Source of the DNA: Dictyostelium discoideum
Lineage: Eukaryota
Assembly: GCA_000004695.1 (NCBI GenBank)
Contig: CM000153.2
Coordinates: 1,600,001 to 1,664,000, forward strand
DNA: 64,000 bases
Direction of reading: 5' to 3'
In this document: positions 12,333 through 25,571 of the stretch, piece after piece
Layout: every line of letters starts with the position of its first letter
Numbering within the stretch: the first letter of the stretch is position 1
The notes under the pieces: generated by a model
The model's input: only the letters and a program-made list of their open reading frames with translations
Told to the model about the DNA's origin: nothing
The model's database searches: none
Program-made: the position numbers and the translations under genes

Positions 12333-12540
12333 GTATTCCATTTTTATATTTATTTTCTTTTAATGTTTTTTTATTAAAATTGATTATTTTAGATATTTAT
12401 TTTAATTGGATTTTTTAATTTACTTGTGATTAAAAAAAATAAAATAAAATAAAATAAAATAAAATAAAAAAAAAAAAAAAAAAAAAAAATTTACAATTAA
12501 TATTTTTAATTTAATAAATTAAAAATTTTTTAAGAATACA

Positions 12541-12572
<32 letters not shown>

Positions 12573-12602
12573 TTATTTATCTATTTATTATTTAATCAAG
12601 CT

Positions 12603-13308
12603 CTAAAAGACACCTCCACAAATATTTAAAACACATGCTCCAATAGTGAGTGCAGAGGCAATAACAATTGCAATCCAACTGGTGGTTGGACCTTGGTAAT
12701 AGTTGTCATCAGATCTTGCGAAATCAAATCTACCATTATCATTATTACAAAATTGATCTTTGAATGCATCAGAGTCGTATCTATTTCTGCAATCTTTTTT
12801 TGATGCATTTTGGACACCCTATTAAAAAAAAATTTTAAAAAAAATTAATATTAAAATTATTATTTTTTAATAAATATAAAATAAAATAAATAAAAAAACT
12901 TACCAAAAAGATGAACATTGAAAGTAAACAACAAATAACGGCAAGGATTAAAATGAATTTACCAATCATTGGAAGAATACTACCGAGGATTGGAATTTTT
13001 TCGAGAATACCAAAACCAGAGAGTAAAGTGATAACAGCGGCAATAATAAGGACAATCCAAGCAAGGATATCAAAAGCCAATGAAGCATTAAAGATGGCAT
13101 ACATATTTTTATTATCTTCTTTTACACTCTTTGGAATAGAATTTGTGTATGTTCTGGTGCCATCATCAGTTCTAATTTGATTATATTTAATTAATGATGA
13201 AGTATCACCAATTTCATATTTATACCAATAACTGGCAAAGGCAATAGTACAACAAACTAAAGCCAATAAAATTAAAACAAAGCTAACAAATGCTAAAACT
13301 TTTGCCAT
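12603..13308 (-). CDS. Four-TM membrane protein, paralogue A of a tandem pair. Two exons: 13308..about 12904 and 12818..12603, about 206 aa
   Basis: Exon 1 reads 'MAKVLAFVSFVLILLALVCCTIAFASYWYKYEIGD...MYAIFNASLAFDILAWIVLIIAAVITLL...SMFIFL', followed by a GTAAGT donor. An 85-nt AT-rich intron ends in TAATAG. Exon 2 reads 'GVQNASKKDCRNRYDSDAFKDQFCNNDNGRFDFARSDDNYYQGPTTSWIAIVIASALTIGACVLNICGGVF*'. The splice is supported by collinearity with the unspliced paralogue B ('MFIFCGLSNARKNDCKNQ...SFGFVVAASGLSLIASIIAIVCGVFV'). In this region my reading and the ORF track disagree by 1 nt. Confidence 0.6.
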
Positions 13309-13536
13309 TTTTTTTTTTTTTTTTTTTTTTTTAATAAAATATTTAATATTAAAATAAATTTATTTTTTAAAAATATTATAGGTTTAATAAATAAATAAAA
13401 AAAAAAATTAACTGATTTTTTTTTGTTTTTTTCGTGCCAACTGTTTTTTAAACAATGATTAAAAAAAGTATCAAAATTATTTTTAAAAATAATTTTTCTA
13501 TTAATAAAAAAAAAAAAAAAAAAAAATTAAATAAAA

Positions 13537-13569
<33 letters not shown>

Positions 13570-14013
13570 TATTTTAAACTAATTTATTTGAAAAAAGGAA
13601 CCCCAAACCGCCAGTTAGATTTTTTTAGTTTTAAAATGATTTTAATTTTTTTAATGATTTTAATTTTTTTAATTTTTTTTAATTTTTTTTATTTTTTTTT
13701 TTTTTTTGTTTTTCAGATAACTTTGGAAAATTGTCTGAAAATCATTTTTTGTCTCAAAAATCAAGTGTTTTACGACAGTTAGGGCGCCTACACAGAATTG
13801 TAAATCCTTCAATTTTTCTTTTCTTTTTTTTTTTTTATCTTAATTTATTTTTTCAAATAATATTTATTAATATTTTTTTATTTCTTTAAATTTCTATTTT
13901 TAATCAACATTATTTTATTTTATTTATTTTTTATTTTTTATTTTTTATTTTTTTTTTTTTATTTTTTTTTTTTTTATTTTTATTTTTATTTTTTTTTTTT
14001 TTGGTTGACAGAT

Positions 14014-14774
14014 TTATTTTCCAGAAGTTTCTTCATTCTTAACGAAAACACCACAAACAATTGCAATGATAGAGGCTATGAGAGATAAACCAGAAGCAGC
14101 AACAACAAAACCAAAAGATAGATGAGGACCCCATTTCATAGATTGACCACTAATATCAACATCACCAATAAATGATTTAAAATAGGCACTATCACAAGCA
14201 CCGATTTCATCATCACCATCATTCATTTGATTTTTACAATCATTCTTTCTAGCATTTGATAAACCACAAAATATAAACATTGATATCATTAAGAAAATAG
14301 TTGAAATTATTAAAACAAATTTAGAAATCATATGAATCTTTGGAATTGGAATAAGAATTAATTTACCAACAATTTGTAATGATATTAAAACAGCACCAAT
14401 AATTAATGTAATCCAACCGAGAATATCAAATGCTAAAGATGCATTAAAAATCTCTAATTGGTGTTTCATGGTTTTCTTCACATCACTTGTATAATCTTGG
14501 ACTACACTTTGTTCATTTCCATCCATATTCAATATAAGTTTTGCTTGATTATATTTTAAATATGTAGTTGTTGTTGTAGATATTCCATTACTTGATGTTG
14601 TTTCAATTTTCATATAATACCAATATGCTATATTAAAAAATAAATTAGAATTATTATTATTATTATTATTAATATTGTTTAAGATTTGCAATTCTTACAT
14701 GAAAATGCAATAGTTGCAGCAACGAAACTAAGTACTACAAATACTAATGAAATTAAAGCTGATATTTTAACCAT
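14014..14774 (-). CDS. Four-TM membrane protein, paralogue B. Two exons: 14774..14699 and 14627..14014, about 229 aa
   Basis: Exon 1 reads 'MVKISALISLVFVVLSFVAATIAFS', followed by a GTAAGA donor. A 71-nt AT-rich intron (AAT repeats) ends in AATATAG. Exon 2 reads 'SYWYYMKIETTSS...MKHQLEIFNASLAFDILGWITLIIGAVLIS...' and continues to the stop at 14014. It shares the signature 'IFNASLAFDIL.WI.LII.AV' and the Cys-rich extracellular loop with paralogue A. The hydropathy pattern is four TM helices. Confidence 0.65.
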
Positions 14775-14860
14775 TTTTATAATAAAAAAATTAATAAAAT
14801 AAAATACAATTTAATAAATAATTTATAAATAAATATAATACAAAATGAATACAAGTGATT

Positions 14861-14893
<33 letters not shown>

Positions 14894-15240
14894 GTTAAAT
14901 AATTTTAAAATTGATTTTTATTAATATTTTTTTTTTTTTTAAAATTTAATTTTAATTTTAATTAATTAAAACTTTTGATAAATTATGAAATCAAAAGGTA
15001 AATGTCAGATCTGTTAAAACCGTTTCTAAATTAATTATTTTTGCAGATTATTTTTTTTTTTTCTTTTTCGAAAATCAAAGAACACCATCGATTAAAAAAT
15101 AAAAAAAAATTTTTACAAAAACTAATTAGTTAGGTTAAAAAACTAAGTAAAAATTTTTTTTTTTAAACAAACTGTTTTTTAGATATTTAAAAAACTTTTT
15201 TTTTTTTTTTTTTATATCCCTATACTAAGTGCTTGTGTTT

Positions 15241-15272
<32 letters not shown>

Positions 15273-15546
15273 TTTTTCTGATTTGCAATAGAATGAATTA
15301 ATTCTGACGGTTTTATTTTTTGACATTTTTTTATTATTTTATTTTTTATTTTAATTTTTTTTTTTTCAAAAATAATGTCAACTTTTTATAATAATAATAA
15401 TAATGATAAAAAATTTAATAAAAAAAAAAAAAAAAATAATATTTAATTAATTTGAAATAATTTGGATTTATTTATTTATTTGTTGTGTTTATTATTTTTA
15501 AATTATTATTATTTTATTTTTATTTTTATTATTTTTTTTTTAATTT

Positions 15547-17128
15547 TTAAACATTAAGAATAATGGATCTGATTGGAGCATAACCATTTGGAGTGTTTAG
15601 TGAGATCACCAATTGTTCAGTACCAACATATTTGGTTAAGATTGGAGCATTTCCAATATCACTTGGTATTAAAATATCAAACTATGTTATTTAAGTGGTA
15701 ATAATAGTAAAAACAAAAATAAATAAATAAAAAAAAATTAATATTTTGTTTTCTTATAATTATTATTATTATTATTATTTAAATAACACTTTAAAATATA
15801 TACTTACATGACGTAAAAATCCTTCACCCTTTGCTCTAATTGCAATATTACGATGAGAATATAAGTTATTATATTTAAGAATTAATTCTGCTTCTTTATC
15901 CATTAATTTTTTTAAAAGTTTCTTTTTTTCAACAAAGAACCAAATAAAAAATGGAATCCATAAAACAACACCAAACAAAAAGCATGTTCCTATAATTGCT
16001 AAAAAGAACAAAACAGTAAGACCATGGTTAAACTAATTTTAAAAAATGAATAATTATTAATATTAAAAAAAAAAAGTTATTATTTTTTAAAATTATAATT
16101 TTAATTAAAAATATATTATACTTACATGACATTTTAAACTTTGGAAATCTTCAACCATATTATATACTTCAGTTTCAGTTAAATAATTATATAAACTTAA
16201 ATCATAATAAAAGTTAAAACCATCATTTCCACCTAAATTAAATTTCACTAAGAAAAAAAAAAAAAAAAAATTTTAAAAAATTTAAAAATTTGTTAATAAA
16301 TATCATTCATTGTATGTATGTATGTACGGATGTTTTAAAAAAAATTTATACTTACCAAATCTTTTACCAATTATAGTATTTGCTTTTAAAACTGCAGTAC
16401 CAGATTCATTTCTAAATCCATAATCAGTGAAAAATAAAGTATCTGGGAATGGTTCCATAATTAAAGCATTTTTACCATTATCAAGTGGAATTGCTTGAGA
16501 AAGGACTACTGGGGGGGATATCTGGATATACAAGGTTAACACATGCTTTTGCACCTAAATAACTACCAACTTCATGTAATTCAAATTTAAGATTTCTTCT
16601 TGAAACTTGTTTATTTAAATATTCAATACATATATTAAAATCATTAGTTAACTTTAATTGTATACAAATATTTATAAATAAAAAAATAATTAGTATATAT
16701 TATTAAATATTATTTTTTTATTTTGTTTTGTTTTTTATAATAAAAAAATAATTACAGTTTTTTTAAAAGAGAACCATCTAATAACTTCAGAGATTGAAAT
16801 TATTAGTGCAGCAATGAGACCAATGAAATAATACATAAGTGGTGTTAGTATTAAAAGATAGGAAATAAAATGTCTTTGACAATTATTTGACATAATTTCT
16901 AAACATCTTAAATATTCTATTTTTAAAAAAATATTAATTTTAAATTTTATTAATAATTTTACAAATTTATTTATTTTTTTATTTTTTTTTTATTTTTTTT
17001 TTTTACTTGGAAATATTTTAATTACCTTTTGGAGGAATAATACCAGTTAGTTCCCTTGGGAAAAATTCACTATTAAATTCTCCATATCTATATTGTCTTG
17101 GAGTTGACTTGATTTTAAGGATACCCAT
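15547..17128 (-). CDS. Six-exon multi-pass membrane protein of unknown function, about 314 aa
   Basis: Minus-strand exons, approximately: 17128..17026 (MGILKIKSTPRQYRYGEFNSEFFPRELTGIIPPK); 16916..16756 (EYLRCLEIMSNNCQRHFISYLLILTPLMYYFIGLIAALIISISEVIRWFSFKKT); 16554..16356 (VQKHVLTLYIQISPPVVLSQAIPLDNGKNALIMEPFPDTLFFTDYGFRNESGTAVLKANTIIGKRF); 16247..16126 (..GGNDGFNFYYDLSLYNYLTETEVYNMVEDFQSLKCH); 16032..15808 (FNHGLTVLFFLAIIGTCFLFGVVLWIPFFIWFFVEK...GEGFLRH); 15681..15547 (FDILIPSDIGNAPILTKYVGTEQLVISLNTPNGYAPIRSIILNV*). All junctions are GTAAGT or GTAATT donors with AG acceptors. Introns are 79-126 nt, and exon lengths sum to 945 nt in frame. Track ORFs 15775..16011 and 16303..16554 are exon pieces. 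I do not recognise the family. Confidence 0.55.
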
Positions 17129-17182
17129 TTTTTAAAATAATAATAAAATATTTATCTTTTTTTATTTTTATTTGTTTTAAAC

Positions 17183-17215
<33 letters not shown>

Positions 17216-17364
17216 AAAATTTTAAAAATAAAACACAACAATCAAAAAAAAATTTTAAAAAAAAAAAATCAAAAAATCAAAAACCGATTTTGGACTTATT
17301 TTTTTTCAGGACTTAAAAAAGTAAAATTTTTTTTTTTTTTTGGCCCAAGATATTTTTTAGTTTT

Positions 17365-17406
<42 letters not shown>

Positions 17407-17461
17407 AAAAATTTATTTTTGGGTCAAAACAATGAAATATCCTTAAAAAACAGTTTAATCT

Positions 17462-17492
<31 letters not shown>

Positions 17493-17795
17493 TAAACCAA
17501 TGAATGAAATGGTTGTTTTTTTTTTTTTTATAAAATAAAAAAAAAAAAAATCTTTTTGGTAGTATCGAAATGAAGAAAAAAATAAAAAATAAATAAAAAA
17601 AAAATAAAAAAATAAATAAAAAAAAATAAAAAAAGATATTTGTTCAACGTAAAATTTTAAAATTTTTTTTTAAATTTTCTTCAAATTACACATTTTCTAT
17701 TTATTTTATTTATTTTTTTTTAAAAAATAAGTTTGTAATTTTTTTTTTTTTTTTTTTTTTTAAGTCATTTAATTTTATTTTTATTTTTATTTTAT

Positions 17796-18551
17796 TTACA
17801 TCCAATTACTTTTACCAAATTTAGTATTTAATTCAGAGGAACCTCTAACAATATTATTTAAATGTTCTTTATCAACTTTACTTATTTGTAATTCTTCATC
17901 TCTATTGAATGTGTAATCTTTTTTATTACTATTGGATGATGATGATGATGATGAGGATTGCTTTTTTTGGTGCATTGATAACAAGGAAGAGGATCTGTTT
18001 TTATCATTATATTGCTTCATTTTTTCTTCAGTTTCTTGTTGTCTTAATTTTTCAAATAATTGTTTAGAACCTTCAACAGGAGTAGTTCCTCCTGTTGTTG
18101 TTGTTGTTGTTGTTGATATTGAACCAACATTACCTTTTTGACTGAATTGTCTATTTGACATTGAATCAATTCTACCAGTTGGCATCATTGTCATCCATTC
18201 CTCTCTTTTTGTTGTTTTATTTGTACTATCAGTATCACCATTTTTATTATTTTCAATCATATTTCTTACTCTCTCCCATTCTGATTTTGTATCTTCTTCA
18301 TCTTCTTCACTACTATCATCATCATCATCATTATTACTATTATGATTACTATCATTATTATTTGTATTATATCTTGATGGTCCAATTGATGGACCAATTG
18401 TTGGTCCAATTCTAGATGGGCCAATTGCTTTTTTATTATTATTATTAAATTTATCATTATCATTATTATTATTGTCATCATCTAATCTTGGACCAATAAC
18501 TCTTTTACTTATAGATGGAGGTGGTTGTGGTCCTAGTATTATATTATTATC

Positions 18552-18613
<62 letters not shown>

Positions 18614-18926
18614 CAGTTTCATCATCTAATCTTGGGCCAATAATTTTCTTTGTTGGTGGCAGTTGTGGAGATAGTATTGTAGTTTTATCATTGTCAGTTT
18701 CATTTAGTGATGGACCAATAACAGACTTTTTTGGTGGAGGTTGAGGTGATTGAATATCATCATTATTTAATTGTTTGTAGTTGTTGTTGTTATTGTCATT
18801 GTTATTATTTTCTTCTAATGTACGTTTTTTATTGTTGTTTGAATCTCTAAAGTTTACTTCAGTTTTTTGTTCATTATCATTGTTTTGTGTGGTTGGTGGC
18901 GGTCTGGCTGGTCCGATAAAACTCAT
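17796..18926 (-). CDS. GPALPP-motif protein 1 homologue (DUF3752 C-terminal domain), single exon, 376 aa
   Basis: Repeated '(V/I)IGP(S/R)L' motifs sit between acidic and Asn-rich spacers, corresponding to the GPALPP motifs. The C-terminus 'REEWMTMMPTGR...SLLSMHQKK...YTFNRDEELQISKVDKEHLNNIVRGSSELNTKFGKSNWM*' is collinear with human GPALPP1 (KIAA1704): 'ESWMTELPPE...SLMDIHHKK...IPFDRDKDLKVNRFDEAQKKALIKKSRELNTRFSHGKGNMFL'. Overlapping opposite-strand ORFs (18155-18744) are repeat artefacts. Confidence 0.7.
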
Positions 18927-19167
18927 TTTTTTTTTTTTTAATTTTTTTTTTTTTTTTTTTTGGTTTTTTTGGAGATTAAAAAAATTAAAAATAAAATTAA
19001 AAAAAAAAAATAAAAAAAAAAATTTTTAACTCGTTAATTTAAAATTTTTAAAAAAAAAAAAAAAATAAAAATAAAAAAGGAAAATCCAATTAAAATTTTG
19101 GGGTTAAAAAAAAAAATAAAAAAAATAAAAAAAAATAAAAAAAAAAACTTTTATATTATTTAATTAA

Positions 19168-19399
19168 ATGGAAGATAGTAATACAAATAAAGATATAAAT
19201 ACAAACATAACCAATGATGATGATGATAATAAAAATATAAATAATAATAATAATAACACAGAAGAAGATGTAACAGTAGAAAGAATTTTAGAAAGAAAAC
19301 AAAAAGAAAGAGAGAGTAAATTAGCATCAATGATGAGTCATTATCATCAAAAATATTCATCACCATCTTCATTACTATCTTCACCAATTTCATCAAATG

Positions 19400-19433
<34 letters not shown>

Positions 19434-20657
19434 ATCATTTGATATTAATAATACAAGTTATAATGGTCAAGATGATCAAGATGAAATGGATGATTTTGAA
19501 AGTGAAGAATATAAACAAATTTTATTAAAAAGAAAAGCGGCATTAGCAGCTAAAAAGAAGGAATCATTAGCTGAACAAATGAAAAAATATAATCAACAAT
19601 ATGATAGTATCATATCTGGTGTAAATACAATACTTTCACCACCACCTTCGTCAACTACTTCAAATTCATCAACAAGTAATAATAGTAGTTTAAACGTTTC
19701 ACCTGTATTATTCTCAACAACATCATCTTCAAAATTACAATCTTTAAATAATAATACTTCACCTTCAACTTCTTCTTCAAATTTAATTGATTCTACAAAT
19801 GTACAAACTACCTCTACAACAACAGCAGCAACATCAACATCAACACAATTTACAAATACAAATATAAATACAAATTCAAATACATTAATAGAGAATTCAT
19901 TAAAAATATCGAATGAAAATAATAATGAATTAAATGAACAACTACAACAACAATTTATTTTACAACAAGAACAACTTAGAGAACAAGAAGAATTAAAAGA
20001 AAAATTACAACAACAAGAAATTGAAAGAATGCAAACTGAAAGAAAGGAAAGAGAATTACAACAACAAAAAGAATTAATTAAAAATGCTACATTAGATAAT
20101 CAACAACAACAACAACAACAACCACAACTAGAATTACAACAACAACAATCACAACCACAACAACCAATATTACTTCCACCATTAATATTTGAAACAAATG
20201 ATATACCACTTTTAACAAATGTTGGCTTTGCAACTTTAAAAAATATTGAATGTAATGCCATTAAATGTTCAGAAGAAGTTGTTTTATTAACTAAAACATT
20301 ACATCAAAGTTTATCAACTGTAAATATCATTTAATATCAATTATTATTTATTTATTTATTTATTCATTTGTTCATTAATATTAATAATATTCATTTATTT
20401 GTTATTATTATTATTTATAGATAACAAAAATATCAATTGAATTGTTTGAAACTTTTAATGGATCAACAGAAGTAACATGTAATGCAATTGGATACTCTGT
20501 TAATGAAACTAAAACAATGATTGATAAATGTTTCGAATTGAATAATCATACGAAATCAGTGATTTCACTTCATCAAAAGATTAAAACTGTTAGAGATCAA
20601 TTGGATAAATTTGATCAAATAATACATAACGCAATTAAACAAATGAATAAAACTTAA
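19168..20657 (+). CDS. Ser/Thr/Asn-rich protein with C-terminal coiled-coil segments. Two exons: 19168..20319 and 20421..20657, about 463 aa. Function unknown
   Basis: Track ORF 19168..20334 reads through a GTAAAT donor after '...TLHQSLST'. A 101-nt AT-rich intron ends in TTATTTATAG (20411-20420). Exon 2 is in frame with track ORF 20442..20657: 'ITKISIELFETFNGSTEVTCNAIGYSVNETKTMIDKCFELNNHTKSVISLHQKIKTVRDQLDKFDQIIHNAIKQMNKT*'. Heptad-like EQ/K-rich stretches are present ('EQLREQEELKEKLQQQEIERMQTERKERELQQQKELIK'). Confidence 0.55.
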
Positions 20658-21200
20658 AAAAAGAAAATAAAACAAATATATATATATATATATTGTTGGT
20701 TGTATTCGAAATTATTTTATTTTTTATTTATTTATTTTATTTTTATTTTATTTTATTTTATTTTTTTTTTTTGAAAAAACACACACTCAATAATTATATA
20801 TTGTATAATATATTATTTTGAATTGTTTGATTAATATCCGATTTGGTTTCTAATTTGATAAATTCTTCATTTTAAGTGAACATATCCTATATTTTATTTT
20901 GAATTTGATTTTTTTTTTTTTTTTTTTTTTTTTATATTAATAATTTTATAATAAAAAACTGATGGATATTAAATATTATTATTATTTTTTTTTTTTTATT
21001 TATAATAAAAAAAAATAAAAAGGGGCTATCTGTTGTTTTTTTTCTTTTTTTTTTTTTTTTTTAATTTTTTTTCTTTTTGGCTTTATTAATAAAAAAAAAA
21101 AAAAAAATAATAATAATAAAATCGAGGGGGTGTATGAAGGTATTTTATGAAATAAGTGGTGGAATATTTGTATTCGTTGTGTGGGATTAATATAATCATA

Positions 21201-21240
<40 letters not shown>

Positions 21241-21862
21241 AATATTTAATTATCTTTTTTTAATTTTTTTTAAAATTTTTTTTTTTTTTTTTTTCTTCTT
21301 TATAATATTACTAAAATTAAAAAAGGAATATAGTAAATAAGTAAGTAAAAAAAAAAAAAAAAAAAAAAGTAATAGTTTGTGATTAAAAAAAAAAAAAAAA
21401 AATATTGGGCATTGTGACTTAAAAAAAGATTTTTATTTTAATTGAAAATAAATTTTTTTTTTTTTTTTGCGCCTTTAATTATATTTTTGCCTCCAAATAT
21501 TTCATTTTTCTCTTTTTTTTGTAGAATTAAATAATAATTCAAATTTAAATAAGTCAATCCGTTAAATATTTAATATATTAAACATTTCAATCTATTTCTT
21601 TATTTTTTAGAAACTTTTAAAGGGTTTTCATATTATTTTTTTTAATAAAATTATTAAAAATTATAAAGTTAATATATTTATTAATTTTTATACATCCTTT
21701 TAAGGGAAATAGTATTATAAATTAAAATTTTAATCATTTTATTGTTTTTTTTTTTTTTTAATTGAATTATTTAATTGTATTTTTTAATTTTTTTTTTAAT
21801 TGTATTATTTAATTGTATTTTTTTATTTTTTTTTTTATTTTTTTATTTTTTTAATTTTTTAA

Positions 21863-21893
<31 letters not shown>

Positions 21894-22175
21894 CGTTCCA
21901 TAACATCAATAACAATAATAATAACTTTTTTTTTTTTTTTTTTTTTTTTATTACAAAATAAATTAAAAAGAGAACTCATCATTACAATAAGAAAAATATC
22001 ATTGTAGATTAAATTTTCAAATAAAAGAAAAAAAATAATAATAATAATAATAATTAAATTTAAAGATAAAAAAAAAAAAAATTAGTTGTATTGTATAATA
22101 AAAAAAAAGGGGTTATAGTTTTTTTTTTATTTTTTTTATTTTTTCAATACATAGTTTTTTTTTATGATAAAATAA

Positions 22176-22239
<64 letters not shown>

Positions 22240-22283
22240 AGTAAAACTGAAGTACACACACATATATATATATATAATAGGAT

Positions 22284-24265
22284 ATGAACACAGAGATAAT
22301 AAGACAAAACACCATTATTCCTTTAACACCTGACATAACAACCAACAATAATATCGTCCACAGTAATAATAACAATAACAATAATAAAATGACAAAATCA
22401 AAACAGGATGATAATTTTGACAATAGCAATAATAGCAATAATAGCAATAATAATAAAAATAATAAAAATATTTTACCCACAACACGAAATCGAAATGTAA
22501 ATTCTCAACAAAAAGTAGGAAATGGAAATGGGAATGGAAATTCATTAGCAGATGAAGCAGCGAGTGGTTATGGTACAGGTAATTCATTATTATCATTAGA
22601 CCCATTGTCACAGATTCAATCTATGGCTTCATTACAATCACCAACATTTTTAAATAAATCTTCACCAAATCCCACTCCCAACATATCACTCCCACAACCA
22701 ACTATTTCAACAACGGCAAACCCTACATCACCACCTTCTTCCGCAATAACAGCAGCAACTACAGGTACAACAAATACAAATACAAGTACAACATCAACTA
22801 CTGCAAATAATAATAATAATAATAATAATAATAATTTAAGTGCGGATAAAAAGATTCAAAACTCACTCCAACTCTTGAGAAATAGTACCAAAAGTAATTC
22901 TGTAACATCATCATCATCATCATCTTCTTCTTCATCATCATCTTCATCTTCACCACCATCCACAAACAACAGTGATAACACATCACCACAAGAGCCGTCA
23001 CCTTCATCCTCTAATTCATCAATATCACCATCAACAACTCCCACTTCTTCACAACAATTAACATCACCTCAAGAGTCAAATCTTTCATCCTCACAAGGTC
23101 AGACAACCACCACCACCACCACTACCACTACTACAAATACCACCTCAACAACCACAACTAGAAAAAGAAGATCTACATCATCAGTGAATAACACAACAGT
23201 GGCATCACAAACAAATACAACTTCTACACCACCACCACCAACAACAACAACTACTACAACTACTACTACTAAACCAAAAGGAGCACCAAAAAGACAAACT
23301 AAAAGGTCAAAAAGTAAAGGTGATTTAAATAGTGAAAATGAATCAACCCCATCATCACAATTATCATCATCATCATCATCAACAACAACAACAACACAAT
23401 CATCTCAACCAATCAATGATGATCAAGAAGATGACGACGATGATGATGATTATGATAACTCCCAAGCATCAACAACTTCAAATGGAAGTGGTGGTGGTGG
23501 CGGTAATAAAAAGAAAACTAAATCAACAGTTGGTAATAGATTTGATAATTCACTCGTACAATTAACGAAAAAGTTTTTAGATTTAATTGAAAAATCACCA
23601 AATGGTGTATTGGATTTAAAAGTTGCATCAGAGAAATTGGAAATTTCAAAAAGACGTATCTATGATGTCACATGTGTATTGGAGGGTGTAGGATTAATTG
23701 AAAAATGTTCAAAGAATCAAGTACTATGGAAAGGTATTGGTAATGATGTCAATGGCCAACAAAATTCAAATGGTCAACAACAACATCAACAACAACCATT
23801 AGATCCAAAACATGTCGATAATTTTAAAAAAGAATTGAAAAAGTTGATGGAAAAAGAAGCAAGTTTAGATAACTCTATTAAAAAAGCAAATAAAAATATA
23901 CATAATACATTATACGAACCAAAATCATCAAAGTAAGTATTTTATATATAAATTTATTTATTTCTAATAATTTATTAACCCTCTCCCCCCCCCCCCCCCA
24001 AAGATTAATGTTTGTTACACATGATGATTTAAGAAATATTGAAACTCTTAAAGGTGATACAGTTATTGCAATTAGAGCACCATCTGGAACAAGATTACAA
24101 ATTCCTGATCCAGATGAAGGTATGGAACCTGGTCAAAGAAGATATCAAATTTTATTAGATAATGAAACTAATGCACCAATTGATGTTTTCTTATTAAATC
24201 AAACTACTATGCAACCAACTGATTCAATAACAAATAATACAAATACAAATACAAATAATAATCAT

Positions 24266-24300
<35 letters not shown>

Positions 24301-24478
24301 CAACAATAATAATAATAATAATAATAACAATAATAATAACAATAATAATAATAATAATAATAATAATACTACAATGAATACAACTACGGAAGAATATAGT
24401 TATGCAACCAATGCAATTACAAATGCATTAGTTGGTATTACTAATAGTAATGCATATTTGGATAATAATAATAATAAC

Positions 24479-24545
<67 letters not shown>

Positions 24546-24946
24546 GTATACTTTCACCATCAAAACAAATACAACAACAAACAAACTATTTACAACCATC
24601 ACAAAATGTTTCATATTGGGAACCAAATTCAATATTACCATCATATTCACCATTTGATTCAACACATAATCAACAATCTACAAATTCATCCTCATCATCT
24701 TCATCATCATCATCATCTTCATCAATGGTGGCACCACCAAATCCTCAACAACATGCAAATAATTATCAAGCCTTCCAAAAGGTTGGAAATAACTATCAAG
24801 CTTTCTCTGAACCAATGTTTGAACAATCATCAGAATTTTACTTTGAAAGTATGATCGATTCAGAAGGTATTTCAGAACTTTATACAGATGACTCATTTTT
24901 AACTCAATCTTTTGATGATTTTGGAAATCAATCAATAGAATCATAA
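22284..24946 (+). CDS. E2F-family transcription factor. Two exons: 22284..23932 and 24004..24946, about 863 aa
   Basis: The winged-helix DNA-binding domain '[66 protein letters not shown]' matches the E2F consensus 'RYDTSLGLLTKKFIQLL..S.DGVLDLN.AAE.L.VQKRRIYDITNVLEGI.LI.KKSKN.IQW.G'. After a GTAAGT donor at 23933 and a 71-nt intron, exon 2 gives the marked-box region '[36 protein letters not shown]...[18 protein letters not shown]'. The N-terminus and C-terminus carry long poly-Asn, poly-Ser and poly-Thr tracts. Confidence 0.8.
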
Positions 24947-25010
24947 AAATAGATATAAAAAAAATAATAATAATAACAATCACCAATAATAAATAATAAA
25001 TAATAATAAC

Positions 25011-25043
<33 letters not shown>

Positions 25044-25571
25044 TAATAATTATGAAGACTATAATTATTGTACAGTATCAACTAAAGAATTAAATTATTG
25101 TAGTGATGATAATTGATCTTATCATATAAAGTATATAAAACAATGACGAATAATTAAAATACTGTAGTAACTAGTTGTCAACAGATAGGAAATGTAGTAA
25201 AGAATTATATGAATTAATTAACCTATTGGAAAAGAGTAATATCTTTTTCATAGACATTTTTCATTAAAAAAAAAAAAAAAAAAAATTAAAAAATAATAAC
25301 CATCACTGGTATGAACACATGTAAATATGTTTTTTTCAATAAATTAAATTAATTAAATTAATTTTTATGTTTTTTTTTTTTTTTTTTTTTTTTTTTTGAG
25401 ATGTATGAAAACTTATATCTTTGTAAAAACCCACAAACCACTATATTTTAATTTTATTTTTATTTTTATTTTATTTTATTTTTTTTTTTTTTTAAATTTC
25501 CATTGTTTTTTTTTATTTTTTTATATTTTTTTTATTTTTTTATTTTTATTTTAATAATTGTCACATTAGAA

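Noticed and set aside
24432-24986. ORFs 24432..24854(+), 24441..24665(-) and 24678..24986(-) within E2F exon 2
   Set aside because: These are poly-Ile and poly-Tyr translations of the (AAT)n tract in alternative frames or on the opposite strand.
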